Source of the DNA: Vicugna vicugna
Lineage: Eukaryota
Assembly (NCBI GenBank): GCA_013265495.1
Contig: MU058065.1
Coordinates: forward strand, 1,201,527 to 1,265,526
Direction: 5' to 3'
Length of the DNA: 64,000 nt
A model generated the notes under the pieces. That model worked only from the letters and a program-made list of their open reading frames with translations. It was not told the DNA's origin and did not search any database. Positions 49,586-63,331 of this stretch are shown here, piece by piece (positions within the stretch are counted from its first letter, which is position 1; each line of letters begins with the position of its first letter). A program made the translations under genes and the position numbers.

Positions 49586-51449
49586 GGCACCTCATTCCAC
49601 CTCCAAGTATGTCGGATGACAACTTATTCTAGACCACTCTAGCAAACTCTATACAACCAAGTAGTTTGGGGTGGGGGTGAAATTAAGTTCTTTCTCTGGT
49701 TCTAGCCAGTACAAAATTCCCGCTTCAGATACTAGAGCATGGTCTTTACTCTCTCCTGCCCAAGTGTGCCACTTGTACACCTCATTTTTTCCTTCCCTAA
49801 TACCAGGTTGACATTCTCAACCTCACCTCTGCCAGATTGTCCAGCTTTATCTGAAGTTATGTGCTGCTCTTCGCCATCACAGGCAGGAAATTTAAACAAG
49901 GAGGATTCCAGCTGGGTTAATGCAAGAGCCAGTAATTGACACACTGCTAAGGCAAAGATCAAAAAATCAAGTCACTTTACTTGTATCTTGGTGTGAATCT
50001 GGGGAGAAAGATAAAGAGCATAAATTTGTGGGTGGAGAAGAGAAGATTTAAAATTGCTCATTAGAAAATTGAGTGTTTATGCTTTCAGCCATTTTTTATG
50101 TCAGGTAGTTAAAAGAAGTAGAGGAAAGAAAACAGAAATTAATGTCTTATGTTTCAAGTTATTGACACCATGTTTCACCTACCAAGTCATGGAGATCATT
50201 TTTCTTTTGAGTGAATGCATCCAAAGAATAAATTTGATTGACAGTTTGGATTTGAATGGTTGGATATTCAGCTACAGAATATAAGTTCCATGAGAATGGA
50301 GACTTCCTTGTTTTGTTCACTGCAGGGAACTACAGGGTGTCAGCTGTTTTAAAAAGAAAAAAAAAATGTTAGTTGAGTGAATTGATATTGTGAATCAATA
50401 AGCCTAGTTTTTTTCCCCATTTGCCTTTGACTTAGAAACATCTGACCAAGTTGTCATCACTTAAGGAAAATCGCCTTTTATTTTCCCCATTTCAATTTTT
50501 TATCTAGCCACGTACACATTCTTCTCTTTACTAGAAAAATGTAAAACATTACACTTATCTGTCTAGCTCTTTGTTATTCAAATCCCCACATTCTTTTCCT
50601 TATATTTAGGTGTAAGCATCGTTAAAAATTAACATGTTCATCATACTTAACAGTTTTTATTTATTAAAGTAAATAACCCATTTTCTGTAATGAAATCCTT
50701 TTTTTCTGAACCAAGAAAAAACAGACCTATTTTGAATAATGTAGCTGGAGTTTTCATAAAACATTTTCCAAGGATAATAATTTGATCCTCATTCATAGCT
50801 ACAATCCCTTGACTACCTTAACTTTCATGAAAGAATTAGGTTGCTCAAAGCTTTGGTTTATCTCCTATGAAAAATATAATTCCAATTCCGAGGAGAAGCA
50901 GTTTGAAAAGGCAGCTTCATGGATATAAACCCCCACCATCGATTATAGACACTTTGGGAAAGGAACACTCCCAAATTAACAATTAAATGGAAAATATAGA
51001 ATCTACCTTGTTTTCCTCTAATATCTTCATTTCCATCTCCACCCCTTAAATTCTAAAGATTACAGACACACCCTGGAGGAGTGAAGGAAATTAACTTCTT
51101 TTCCCCTTCTTCATTCTTTTCTCATATACTAGCCTAAGATCTGATCTGGGAAGAGAGAATTCTGAATTCCAGCCAACAGTCACAGTAAGGTTGGTGGGTA
51201 AGACCCATTACTGAGAACCTTCACAGGGCAAGAAAATATCTGCCTTCACTCTTAAAGAGTGAGACACAGGTCTCATTCACACAGCACACCCGGTCCACTA
51301 AGAGTAAGCACTCAAGAACATATTCCTCCCCATGAGATTGATCTGTGCACCCTTCTCTTGTGTAATAGTAAAGATGATTTTGGTAGCTAGCCTGGAATAG
51401 AAAACATCGACCCAAATTGACCTAAGCCATGCTGGGATTACTGTATCTC

Positions 51450-51880
51450 TGTTGGGAGACAATTCCTGATGGATCTCTTGTGTGTCCATACATCCTGTGA
51501 GCAGAGGCATTGACTCTCTTTTATCCAGTCTGTCTTGTCAAAGCTGTTTGCATGGTGAATAGCCTTGGAAGATAGAGATACTGCCTCCCTCCAAAGTCAA
51601 CAGCAGGCTTATTTAGTGCACAGTACAGTAAAAATAATGTCTCTTTCATGAACAAAAGGCAGACATGCTTACTGCCCATTATAAAGATTCAGGCTCCCTA
51701 CACTCCTTTCCTGTAACACAATCCGCTGTGAGAGCACATGTCACCCGACCCTCTTCACATGACTGGGAGGGAGTTGGGGCACAGGTAACCAGAGTACATG
51801 CGGATACTCGGACTGCAACTTCTGCTTCCTCCGCACATCATTAACATGTCCTCTATCTCTTCTTGCCAGTCCTTTGCATC
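51450..51880 (+). mobile_element. LTR40-like ERVL solo LTR
   Basis: tgttgggagacaattcc...gagcagaggcattgact...agccttggaagatagagata...gcttactgcccattataaagattcagg follows the LTR40 consensus. Confidence 0.85.
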
Positions 51881-52339
51881 TGCTGCCTGCTGTCTCTAAA
51901 CACCCTGTAACCCCTTCTTCACCAGGCAAACGTACACTCCTCTCACCTCCCCATCACGTCCACCTCCACAAAGCCTTGTCTGACTGCTGCTCTCCCGTGC
52001 CCTCAGACTGCAGTGTTTATCCTCTACACTTTCCTAATTACATGCTTGTATTTCTCTTTTCCCACTAAATTTTGAACTGCAGAGCGGCAGACTCACGTCT
52101 TATTAACCTATGTTCTCAGGGTCCAAAACATACTATGTGACTACCTGGTTTTAAAAAAAGTAAACGGATGGATTAATAAATGAAAAAAAACTATGAAGAA
52201 TAATAAATGTATGAGAAAGAGAAAGAGTGACAGAACAGCAGCTCAAGCCAGTGAATTACTGACATCTGTGTGGAAATAGTGGAAGTGCTACTATGTTTAT
52301 CAGAAGCTTTTCCCAACTTTTGTCAATATTTCTGAATTA

Positions 52340-52872
52340 CTCAGGATTATTTTGTTTGCCAGTGACAAAAATCCAACTTGAAACAGCATAAGTGAAGGAA
52401 GGAAATGTTGGCTTCTGTAGCTGATGAGGCCAGTGGCAGAAGCTTCAGCAGGGCTGGAGCTGGAATGACTCATCACAAATCAATTGTTTCAGCTCTCAGT
52501 GAGATCTCTTCTATGTTCGGTGTATTTTTGGACAGTCCTCTCAATATGGTGATCTGGCAGCTCCCAGGGTGGCTGAAGCTGGTATCATTGGTTCCTGTCC
52601 CACCAACCTACGTGGAAAGAGATCCACTTTTTCCTTATTGTGCCAGCAAAATTCCAGGTGAATCAATCTTTGTACCAGTGCAGTCCACACTGGAGTGGAG
52701 TCGGTGGTGTGGAATGCATGTGATGCTGTGACTGTCCAAGTTTAGGACCCATGGTCATTAGCCCAGCTGTTCTACGTGGATTGGTAACTGAGCTGCAGTA
52801 TCCCAAAGGAAATAGGGGCGTTCTTATTAGAGGAGAGGAGAAGGGTGGGGAACAGACCAAAACAAGGATGCC
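52340..52872 (-). mobile_element. MLT1 (K/L-like) MaLR LTR
   Basis: tcaggattattttgtttgccagtgacaaaaatccaacttgaaacagcataag...gcttcagcagggctggag...tcccaaaggaaatagggg. Confidence 0.7.
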
Positions 52873-55800
52873 CCCTGTGGTTCCTTTTCAATGCCATTAT
52901 CTTCCTATAATATGAGGAAACTGTGGTTCATTGTATGTCTTTATTTTATCAGTGGTAGAAACTATGATGCCGGTGCTTAATTCACTGCGTTCTACAAATC
53001 TACAAGGGGCAATTTAAAATAGAGAGTGGAAGCAAGTGCTGTTTGTTGCTGCATTCTTTGAATTCTTCCAAGGGTCATTATTATAATGAACCTCTTCCCA
53101 TCACTAGTCTGCTATTGCTTACCTATTAACCATGTGATTCACATCCAAGTTGGTTCACTTGTTTTTTTCCCTCTGGCAGAGGAATGTGCCAGTCAAACCT
53201 CTTTTCCTATCTTCCTTCTGACAGTATGCGGAGGAGTCCATCTGAATTAGTGTCTCCCCACTGCTAGGGTGCTAGGTGTTTTTAGGTTTCATTGAATAGC
53301 ATTAATTCACCTAGTAAAGAAGTTATTCTTTCTAACATTCTCTATATCTCTTAACTATTTCTATATCTCCTAATTAAGTGGACAAGAAAATCTTAATTTG
53401 GATCCAGTATATGATTTTAGCATTTGCTTTGACCAAGGAGAACTAATTTCACTCAGAGTCTTTAGCGGACGCTAGTATCTAGCTAAAATCTCATCATACT
53501 TTTGTGGTTTCCTTGTTTTTAGCTGTACCATTAACAACTATGGGTGTCAAATGATGGTAGCTTTAATTTAAGGAAGTGCTGAAAGTATGATTTTATATAT
53601 ATTTATATAAGTAAAATAAATCAGCCAATTTTTGCTAAGATGTTAAATGCATAGAAGTACAGATGCTGTGTCATAAGGCCGAGGTCAGTAACATAATTTC
53701 GATGATCATGGGCTTGAAAGTGCTAACAGGCTAACAAGTGACTGTTCAGTGCCTTCACCAAGGCCACTTTTACTTATATACTTATACACAAAATGGGATC
53801 AAATAATGAAAGTTTTCTTTTGTAAGTTTCCAAATTGTCATAGAACGTTATTTAAATATACAGTGACTATGAACTACTGTATGAAGTGATGCATTGGGGA
53901 TGTAAATTTTAATGCATGATTGTATTTTATTTAACTAGCAGACAGGTAGGATCTTTTAAGAATCATGGTTTCATATCAGTTTCTGCAGTGCAAGGAGACG
54001 AACCATGCCAAGGGTCCTGTGTGTCAGTGGGATATGGAGACTAATCACATTTGACTAGTCCCAAAATGATAACCTGAGACAACCTCTAAGGTGCTGGAAT
54101 AAACCTTCCCAGGAAATTGTGTGTGGATTTGCTCTCAGTGAAGTTCAATCACAACTGTCATCAATTTGCCGCAGCTTAGGGATTAGGGACATCCTCCTCC
54201 TCCCATGCAGAAGATAAACTGGTAACAAGCAGTTTCTTCAAACTCAAGTGACTTCACAGTAAAAACAGCCTAACTTGGGAACATCATAAAAGATAATGAC
54301 ATATGAAGCACACATCTTCCTAAACGAAATTAGATGAATTAAACAAATGATGAGGAGTCAATAGTTCCATGTTATGACCCCTCACGGGATTTCAGTAACA
54401 GTTTTTTGTTCCACTAAGAACAGGGGATAATTGCAATTGAACCCCAGAACACAAGTGTTCATACTACAAACTCAGCCTGCTTGCTCTTCCTTGGGTGCAA
54501 GAACAAGGCTATTAGCTTCAAATGGGGCACAGAAAATAGACTGCATGATGAAAGTTTCCTGCAAATTTACTCACTTTCATTAAGGAAGACATTCATTTTT
54601 TTATTGTCCCTAATTTCCCTGGTAGCCTAAAGAAGTAAAAGGAAAAGACTAATAACAAAAATAGGTGTGGTAATTGTTACATTGGCATTACAAAAAAAAA
54701 TAGAGAGGAAATAAGAGGAAATGATCATTTCTTAGTGAGGGGCAATGTTTAATAGCAAATATACTCTTTCAAACATTAGCTGAAACTGGCAAGCTATTTC
54801 CTACTGCTTCATTCTATATTTCAACAGCATTGATTTCAGCTTTAGGTGCAACATTATGAAGTTTAAAAATCTAGGCCACTCTTGTGGAATTAATACATCT
54901 TAGTATGCAGTGTTTAAACATGGATTGTTCAGTATAAAATTACTTTAAAATGGTGCAAAGTTTAGGCTACATCCTGAAATTACATGTTGAAAAGATGAAG
55001 TATACAGTTTCTATTAAATATATGAGTTTACAGTAGTAATCCTATAAATAATGGTAACATTTGAAGAAAAAGGCCAATGTCAAATTTCCATTGGATTTCT
55101 TCAGATTTAGTATGAAATAAAAATAGCATCCTCAGTGTAAATTGATTAAAAGCACATCTTGCAAATCTTGGTGAGTTATAGCTACATCTTGGTAAAAGCC
55201 AAATAAATCAGATCATTTTTTGAAATGTCTTCAAATATTGACAATTTAAAGAAACTTTGTGAAAATAAATTTTAAAAATGAGGAGAAATGGAGAAATAAA
55301 GCAGATATGAAAGAAGTAATATATTAGGAAAAGTAAGTCCTGGTTCTTTGCAAAACATGAGAAAAATTAATAAACACACAATGCAAACAGTCAAATAGAC
55401 AAGCCTGTGCCAGTTCTAATAAAACTGCAAAGATAAGAAATACATATGTACAAATTTTGTATTAAAACATGAGGGAATTTTTTTTAAGTTATTAGCATGT
55501 TTTAATTCAGGAAATAATAGTTAACATTCTACTTAAAATAGATTGGTGTCTGGGGAAAATTTATATTATCAAAATTGACACCTATATCAAATAGTAGGGA
55601 AAATATGAAGAGATCCATAACCATAGACTCATTTTTTTCAAAGTTTCAAAGAAAGCTTTTGATTGAGAGTTTGGAGCAGATATATGTGCAGATGAATTTA
55701 CTTAAACTCTTAAAAGGAGCTATAGTTCCTGTATTATAGAACACAATAAAAAGTCAAAATTTCCCAATGCATTTGACGAGAATCATAGAGACCTAGTATT

Positions 55801-55907
55801 TTAATTAGATAAAAATAACATAAGAATGGCATTAGGGCATTCTTACCAATGCAATTAGATGCATAAATACCAAAGTGAAAAAATATACATATATATTTTT
55901 TTCACAT

Positions 55908-56383
55908 TGTCAAAGAAATATTGCACTGGACAGAGTTAAACAGCCAAGGAAGACTTTATTCAAGTCTTGCAATAGGGGAAAGAGGCAGAACTCCAGTCAA
56001 TTAGAACAACACATGGGAGTTTTAAGCACTGCGATGAGCTAGTGAAAAAGTACCTGAAGTCATTTGGAACAGTAATGGGAGGGAGGGGAGGTGGTGGCCA
56101 ATGTGAGTTGTTCAACCATGCTTGTCAGAATCGGGCTTCCACTCTCTCAGAGAAACTGGAGATTGGACCACCATCTTTCTTGCTAATTACATTTCAGAGA
56201 GATGGCTCCTAGGTTCCTGAGAAAGATATTCCTGGGTTTTAAAGCTGGAAGAGGAAGGGGCAGTGAAAAACTTACAATTGCCAGTTTTTAAACTAAATGT
56301 TCTAAAAGAATGGAGGGTCAGGGGCCTATAGTCAGGAAGAAAATTGACTCAAGCTTAAGGGAGTATTAAGGCCATCTTAGCCA
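55908..56383 (-). mobile_element. MER31-like ERV1 solo LTR
   Basis: tgtcaaagaaatattgcactggacagagttaaacagccaaggaagactttattcaag...ttacatttcagagagatggctcctagg...ttaaggccatcttagcca; TG...CA ends, 4-bp TSD-like acat/atat. Confidence 0.85.
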
Positions 56384-56394
56384 ATATGCGTGCG

Positions 56395-56432
<38 letters not shown>
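56395..56432. repeat. (CA)n microsatellite
   Basis: Direct reading. Confidence 0.95.
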
Positions 56433-56780
56433 ACCTATTTATATATGATGTAGGTTTTATTTTGAAAATTCAGTGAGATGACTATATGACTATTGGAAAA
56501 TATATTAATACATGAACAAAATCTCAAATTGTTTGATAAATGCTCAAAAAGTATTGATAAAAATTAAATGTCCATTCCTGATTTAACAAAAAGAAAAGGA
56601 AACAGCAAGAAAACACAGCACTGTGTAAAATAGAAGTGGAATACTCCTTCCCACATTAAAAAAAAATCTATCCTGTATTAAGAATCAAATCCTCTGAAGG
56701 TTCAGCTAGAGACATCTCCAATAAAACCAGGAGCAAATAAGAATGTCACAATCACTTAGTCAACATTCCCTTAGAAGTTC

Positions 56781-56967
56781 CAGTATTTCTCCAGGTTGCT
56801 CCATGAACCAGTAATGTTAACATTTCCTTGTAAAAAATGCAAATTCTTGAGCCTCACCTGATTTTTACTGAAACATAAACTTTGGCAGAGGAGGGGAGGT
56901 GGGGACAGGAGCAGTGATCTGTGTTTTAACATGTCCTGCAGGAGTTCCTATTGCACATTTGAAGTTA
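56781..56967. mobile_element. MER5A-like hAT-Charlie element
   Basis: cagtatttctcc...cttgtaaaaaatgcaaattcttgagcctcacc...atctgtgttttaaca. Confidence 0.65.
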
Positions 56968-56987
56968 GTTCTAGACAATATTACAGA

Positions 56988-57165
56988 GCAAGGGTAGGCA
57001 AAGCCTGTGCAGCTATCTGGTCTCTGTCACAGCTATTCAACTCTGCCAATATGACATTAAGTAGACATGGACGATTTTTAAGTAAATGGGTGTGGCCATG
57101 TGCCAATGAAACTTTTTTACAAAAAAACGTTCAACACCGGATTTGGCCATAGTTAGTCAGCTCCT
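56988..57165 (-). mobile_element. MER58A-like hAT-Charlie element
   Basis: ggtctctgtcacagctattcaactctgcca...taaatgggtgtggccatgtgccaatgaaactt...ccggatttggcc. Confidence 0.8.
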
Positions 57166-57559
57166 TTTCCAGAGTCTGGAATCTAGAAAATTCAAGAAGA
57201 CAAGAAACCTAAGACTAAATATAATCATTAGAGCAGACAAATAAAATTTGTCCTTATTTGCTGATGACATACTAGAATAACACAAACATCTGGAGGAGAA
57301 ATGGAACCATAGTTAGATAAGCGTAATCAATGAGACAATCAGAAACAAAATACATTTACATGAATGATTTTTTTAGGTTAACTATGATAACCCACTGGAA
57401 AATGTAATAAAAATACTATTTTTAATAGCAATTAAAATATACAGGAATATAACATCCAGATATCTATATAAAATTTTTAAACTTCATAAGGATCAAAAGT
57501 AGGCTTGAAAAACTGAAAATTTAACATTCCAGAAGCTGCACCCCCCCCACACACACACC

Positions 57560-57792
57560 AGCTCTCCCAGTTCTTTTCTCTGCCTTACTCTTCTCCATAA
57601 CACTTCCTACCTCCTGAAAACCCACACGTTTTAGTTATTACTGGTGCGTTTTCAGTAGCATCCAACAGGAAGGTAAGCTCTGTGATGCTGGGATTTTGTC
57701 TGCACTGGTCACTGTTGGAGAGCTGGCTCAGAGAGCAGTGCCCAGCACATAGTAGAAATTCAATCAATAGATGTTGGCTAATTGAAGAAAGG
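57560..57792 (+). mobile_element. L2 3' end
   Basis: aaggtaagctctgtgatgctgggattttgtctg...agcagtgcccagcacatagtagaaattcaatcaatagatgttg. Confidence 0.8.
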
Positions 57793-58134
57793 AATGCTCA
57801 TTGGCCTCAAATAGATTCCTACAGCTAATTTAATTCCCAGCTGGAAATGATTTGAAATTTAATAAAATGAACCTCAAATTCATCTAAATGGGTGAACACA
57901 GCCAAACTTACTAGAAAACAAAAAAGCTGGGGGACAATCTGGATGTTCTGATATCAAACACTACTACACGTAATGATCAAAATATTGAAAAATTAGAAAT
58001 ATAGTCAATGAGTTCTGGATTTAACATAAGATGAAGATAACACGGAAAATCGGAAAGAAAAGAAGTATTCAATGTGTGATGTTCTTAATAAATAAATAAG
58101 CAAAAGGCTATCATATCAATTAAAAAGTAGGCAA

Positions 58135-58408
58135 GTACTAGGAATATAGTGATAAAAATACATATTTAACGCAGCCATATGTTATGTGTGAAAGTTGTTA
58201 AAGGAGTAAGTCCTGATTGTTACAAGGAAAATAATTTTTTTCCTTTATTTTGTATCTACATGGGATGATGACTCTTCACTAACTGTGGCAATCATTCATG
58301 ATGCAGATTCAATCACTATACAGTACACCTTAAACTCACACAGTATTATGTGTCAATTGCATCTTAATAAACTAAAAGGAAAAAATAAAAAATAAATTAA
58401 ATAAATGT
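58135..58408 (+). mobile_element. L1MC-type 3' end
   Basis: gaaagttgttaaaggagtaagtcctga...gtacaccttaaactcacacagtattatgtgtcaattgcatcttaataaa plus A tail. TSD aaaagtaggcaa (58123-58134 / 58409-58420). Confidence 0.85.
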
Positions 58409-58454
58409 AAAAGTAGGCAAATAACTTGCAAATATTTGAGAGAGAAATCTCCAC

Positions 58455-58700
58455 ATGGAGGCATTATAGCATGGTTGAGATGGATGACCTTTTGGTTTTA
58501 GAGTCAAACTCAGATTCTACCACTTACCAGCAGTATGACCTCGAGGAAGTTCTTTATCTTCTGAATGCCCTTGGGCCTTCTTTGCAAACTAAGACTAATA
58601 ATGCTTATTTTATAAATTATAATGAGTTCATAAAATAATATATATATAAAGAATTGAGCATCACAATTATAGGAAGTGCTTAATAGGTGCTGATTTTTGT
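58455..58700 (+). mobile_element. MIR SINE
   Basis: gaggcattatagcatggttgag...tagagtcaaac...ctaccacttaccagcagtatgacctcgaggaag. Confidence 0.75.
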
Positions 58701-58779
58701 TGTATCAAAACTGCACCCGAAAAATAAACTGAGAAAATGTTCGAGAAAAAAAAATGATTTAATTATGATACTTCCAAAG

Positions 58780-59065
58780 AGATCGCTATACCAAAATTAA
58801 AACAATATATTTGAAGAATATTTAAGGACAAGCAAAAAAATTTTAAGAAAAACAATATGAAATTGTATTCAGAGGGTGGTACAGACTTTGTTAAGAGAGA
58901 GGGAGAGAGGTACATGCATACTTGGAGAGATGCACTGAAATAAACCCTGGACGAAAAATGCACCAAATGATTAACAGGAGCCATCTCTGGGTGACAGGTT
59001 TATGGGTGATTTTCTAATATGAACTTGTGTTACATTTTTAGTCATAGAATAAATAAAATAAAGCA
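58780..59065 (+). mobile_element. L1ME-type 3' end
   Basis: aaatgcaccaaatgattaacaggagccatctctgggtgacaggtttatgggtgattttc. Confidence 0.55.
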
Positions 59066-59684
59066 TTCTTAGGGAATTAGAATAATGATATTCCAATATA
59101 GATGTGCTCAGTATATATTTCAATGATCATCAAATTGAATTCTTATAAAATTTTATAATGAAATTTTTATCATTTTATAAAGAAATAAAACTGACATAAA
59201 ATTTTTCCCTTTGAGATTTATGTTCATAGTATCTAGAAATCTCATGTTTTCAGATTTATTTTCTCTTTAAAAACTTCCAGATGGTAGATGGAGTTCCGAT
59301 CTAGCATTTCTGGGCGGTGAATAGAGGGGAAAGATAATTCTAAAGGTCATGAGGAAAGGAAAAACCAGTACGCTTAATATGTCCTTGGAGGATCAACTTA
59401 ACAACCTAAATTGGTTTCTTAGGAGACTAGTATCAAGTTGTTTAATAAGAAGGTCCATGTTTCCAGGATTCTATTTTCTTCTCACCTAAAAATATCTTGA
59501 ACGCTGAAGTTTTGAAACCCCTTGGGAACTTGGCTTTCTTGAATGGCATTTCAAAATAAATTCAGTTGCTTTATTGTGGAAGGTTTGGTTAGGCTTTTAT
59601 CTCACACATTATTTTAGACACTGACAGTGAATCCAAAAATTCAAAACATAAGCAAATAATTCAAAATTTTTGAAAAGCTACAAA

Positions 59685-59870
59685 TGAGGCAGTGTTTGTA
59701 GTGAAAAGAATATCAAAATGGAACAAGATAGAGCTGTATTTCTGAATTTGTCACCAATGTCTGTGGCAATTTATTTTGATTCATTGGGGTCCAGTTCTCC
59801 GATCTGAAAAATAAAGAGGCTGAATGTGATATTTCCCAAGTTTCTTTTCAAATTTACAAAATCTGTGAAA
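59685..59870 (+). mobile_element. MIR/MIR3 SINE
   Basis: gaggcagtgtttgtagtgaaaagaata...ccagttctccgatctgaaaaataaagaggctgaa. Confidence 0.6.
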
Positions 59871-60361
59871 CGTCATGGATTAAATGGTCTTGGTATTCCT
59901 ATGAGTTCTGTGACTAATGAAGTGTATTAAAATCAGCACATTTCAACTTTGTTTCAATGAGGAGAGATATAATCAAAGTATTAAGTTTAACTCTGAAATT
60001 CTCAGTATAGTGTATTTTAGTAGTGCAACAATTATCAAAGCAAAGCTTTGAATCCCAGAAAAATCAAACATCAGATTTTCCTGAGTTACCTTAGCAAACT
60101 GCCAATGACCAGAATGGCTGTGTGTTCAAAAAAAGTTGATGAACTTTAATTCACTGGTTTCCCATTAAAGGCAGAATAAAAATCCACTAATATCCATCCT
60201 CCCATAAGGGTTCATTTCTCAAGCGAGGCCAGATTTAGTCTTTGAGATTGTCTGGATACTAATTCGATGTCTTTCTTCCTGTTTCTGTCTTTCCCTCACA
60301 CACATCTAATGAAGGAAAACAGTCTTTTTCTTAAAAAAATTTTTTTAATTCTCCTCATGAG

Positions 60362-60482
60362 CTGTAATGGAAAAGAATCTGAAAAAATATGTATGTATGT
60401 ATATGTATAACTGGATCGCTCTGCTGTATACCTGAAACTAACATTATGAACTGACTACACTTCAATAAAAAATAAAAATTAA
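60362..60482 (+). mobile_element. Very short L1 3' end (cetartiodactyl-type)
   Basis: gtaatggaaaagaatctgaaaaaatat...tgctgtatacctgaaactaacatt...gactacacttcaataaaaa. Confidence 0.85.
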
Positions 60483-61521
60483 ATAGTTTAGTTCTGTCAA
60501 AATACTGACAAAATCTTTAATTTTGTTGGAAATTGGAGAAATGATTGACTCTAGCTTCTCAAAATTTCCAGGGTCTAAAATAAAGCTTTTCTGACAATTT
60601 CCCAGACAACATACAATATTTGGGACGTCTAAATATAAAAGACAATGGACGTTCACATATTGTCTTCACAATACTGATAATATTGTATTATTACACACAT
60701 CATATAATGTTTGTGTTTATATGACAGCGTCTGTCTTTGGATTGCAAGCTCTTGGTGCAAGAAGCATGTCTCAGTATAAATCCCCAGAGCTTTGGACATG
60801 CTGCCTGCTAAATGCATGTCTGCACCCTTAATGTTGGATGAATGAAGATTCAAGAATACATCCTGGATTTAAGGCAGGTTGATTTAAGGTTTTGGTTTTG
60901 CTTTTGTTTTTTAATTTAAATAAATTATCTTCCCTTCTGCTTTAGTATTTTGATAAGTAAAAGCAAGTAATTGCAATATCATACAATCATTGGATGATAA
61001 AATAACACTTGTAAGATTATTTTATTGTATAAAACTAGGTTATTGTTGTAGTTACCAATATGGCATAATACTAAGAGTGGAAGAAGACTTCAAACCCAGC
61101 AAAGTGATTACTCTATCAGTTCTAATGTTACTTGGAATTTCTTTGAAAGATGCAAAGCCTCTTATTCTTTTTAAAGACAAGACTGAAACCAAATATGGTT
61201 GTGAGGAACAGCAGAGTGACGTAGATACATACCAGTTACGAACACAAAGATTTTTTCAGAGTTGGATAGAGGAAGGGATAAGTGGAACAGAATATGGAAT
61301 GGGAAAGATACGGCATGAGAGGAGGAGTAAGACTTCAGGTTTCCCAAAACTAGCCCTCAGGATATCAGTGCTCTGAACTCTTTGCTGAGAGGATTTTCAA
61401 AAGTGCCTGTTTAATGTTCCAATTTTAAAATAAAATAATTCACAAGTTTTTTTTCTCACCTGAGAATAAAAATTGCAACAAATTTAGCAGAGGGACCATA
61501 GTCTGGGGGTAAAGAATATAT

Positions 61522-62003
61522 GATAATATATTTATACAATGGAATACTACTCAGCCATAAAAATGAATAAAATAATGCCATTTGCAGCAACATGGAGATC
61601 ATCATTCTAAGTGAAGTAAACCAGAAAGAGAAAGAAAAATATATGATATCACTCATATGTGGAATCAAAAAAAAAAAGGAAAAAGAAGACACTAATGAAC
61701 TCATCTACAAAACAGAAAAGAAACAGACGACATAGTAAACAATCTTATGGTTATTGGGGGAAAAGGGGTAGGAAGGGATAAATTTGGGAGTTTGAGATTT
61801 GCAAATGTTAACCACTATATATAAAAATATATTTAAAAGAACAAATCTATTCTGTATAACACAGGGAACTATATTCAGTGTCTTACAGTGGCCTTTAATG
61901 AAAAAGAATATGAGAATGAATGTATGTATGTATGTATATGTGTAGCTGGAACATATTACTGTAGACAGAAATTGACACATTGTAACTGACTCTAATTCAA
62001 TAC
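61522..62003 (+). mobile_element. 5'-truncated L1 3' end (same type as 42373-42697)
   Basis: tacaatggaatactactcagccataaaaatgaataaaataatgccatttgcagcaacatgga...acactaatgaactcatctacaaaacagaa...cacagggaactatattcag...aactgactctaattcaat. Confidence 0.92.
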
Positions 62004-62101
62004 AATTTATTTATATATATATAAATATATATAAAATATATATATTATTTATATAATTAATATATATTTATATAATAAAATATATATAAAAATAATATAT
62101 T
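62004..62101. repeat. (TA)-rich low-complexity tract at the L1 tail
   Basis: About 100 nt consisting only of A/T. Confidence 0.9.
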
Positions 62102-63114
62102 CTGGCCCATTGCAGCTTTGACTCCGGCACTACCTACCTTGATTCCTCATTTGCAAAACTGGCATGATGTTCCAGAGTGTATCATCATGATTTGACGTCA
62201 GCTTTCTACCCCTCATACCCTCCTTACTAGAGTAAGAGAACTACCTGAGCTTCATGGCTTTGTTATTAGCCACACACATAACAATATCAACAAAGCACTA
62301 AACACACTCAAAGGAGATAACGAACCTCCTCATTGGAAGTGGACACAGGAGGGCAGCTCAGAAGCGCGGTCTCCTTAACACAGCTTCTTGTCGGGTGTCA
62401 GTTTGTACACATTCAGATGAATGAAGTTTTTCTTACGCTGTTTTTGGAAGGAAGTAATTTAGGCACAGTTAAGTTAATGTCCTTATATTATGAAAACCTT
62501 CTTTTCTTCTAATGGAATAACGTTGCTTGCAAATCTCTAATCTACCCCACAGACAGAGGTGTATGCCTCTGAGTCCCTAGAGAGATTTAAAGAATTAATG
62601 TACTCAAGGGTATTGTTATAATTGTTAGAAAGACATAAAAAGGGAGTGTGGTTTGGTGATTTTGCAAAACATCTTATTTTATTAATAAAGTTTTTATTTC
62701 CTTTGAATCCACACTATACTAGTTAATAGTATTTCTACAAATACCTATTATAAATCTATCATCACACTGTCAGCAGAATATAAAGGGAAAAACTTACTTG
62801 AAAAAAACACCAGAAAAGATTTTGGTAATATTAAAAGCATAAAGTACAGAGACTAAGTAGGTCTCTCTAAGTAATTCACTGTGAACCATGTGTATCTCTA
62901 TGAGGCTAAGTGCTCTGCATGATGTGTATGTTAGATGTATGTGTCAGAAACGGGGCAAATGAGAACTCACTCGTCTCTCACTAGCTGTGCTGTAAAGTCA
63001 TGAATCGCTAAGAAATCTCAATGCAGGACATCTCATACTGCTTCCCAATGAGCAAATGTGTTCTGTCTACACTGGGGTTTTTCGATGCTCTGCACCTCAT
63101 TCTACTTTTGGCTT

Positions 63115-63331
63115 TTGCTCTTATATCCATTTAGAATGTCCTGCCCACAGATTTCGATCATCTCACTTCACATGTCACCTCTTCAGGGAGACTTGCCGTA
63201 CCTTTAGTGGTTCTCCTTTTGTCCTGAAATTCTCTTTTACTTTTGCAACATGATTTTATTGTATCCTCTATGTCTAGAACAGTGCCTAGCACATAAAAAG
63301 CAACAGATGTTGAGTGAATGAATGAATGAAT
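63115..63331 (+). mobile_element. L2 3' end with (GAAT)n tail
   Basis: catgtcacctcttcagggagac...tgtctagaacagtgcctagcacata...gttgagtgaatgaatgaatgaat. Confidence 0.85.

Larger units (their letters stand above)
55200..58100 (+). mobile_element. Ancient L1M ORF2-region remnants, repeatedly interrupted by younger insertions
   Basis: A-rich degraded motifs, e.g. tcctggttctttgcaaaa, aaatgctcaaaaagtattgataaaaattaaatgtccattcctgattt, ttgtccttatttgctgatgacat. Confidence 0.65.

Noticed and set aside
59140..59185. AT-rich quasi-palindrome
   Set aside because: Imperfect and low complexity.
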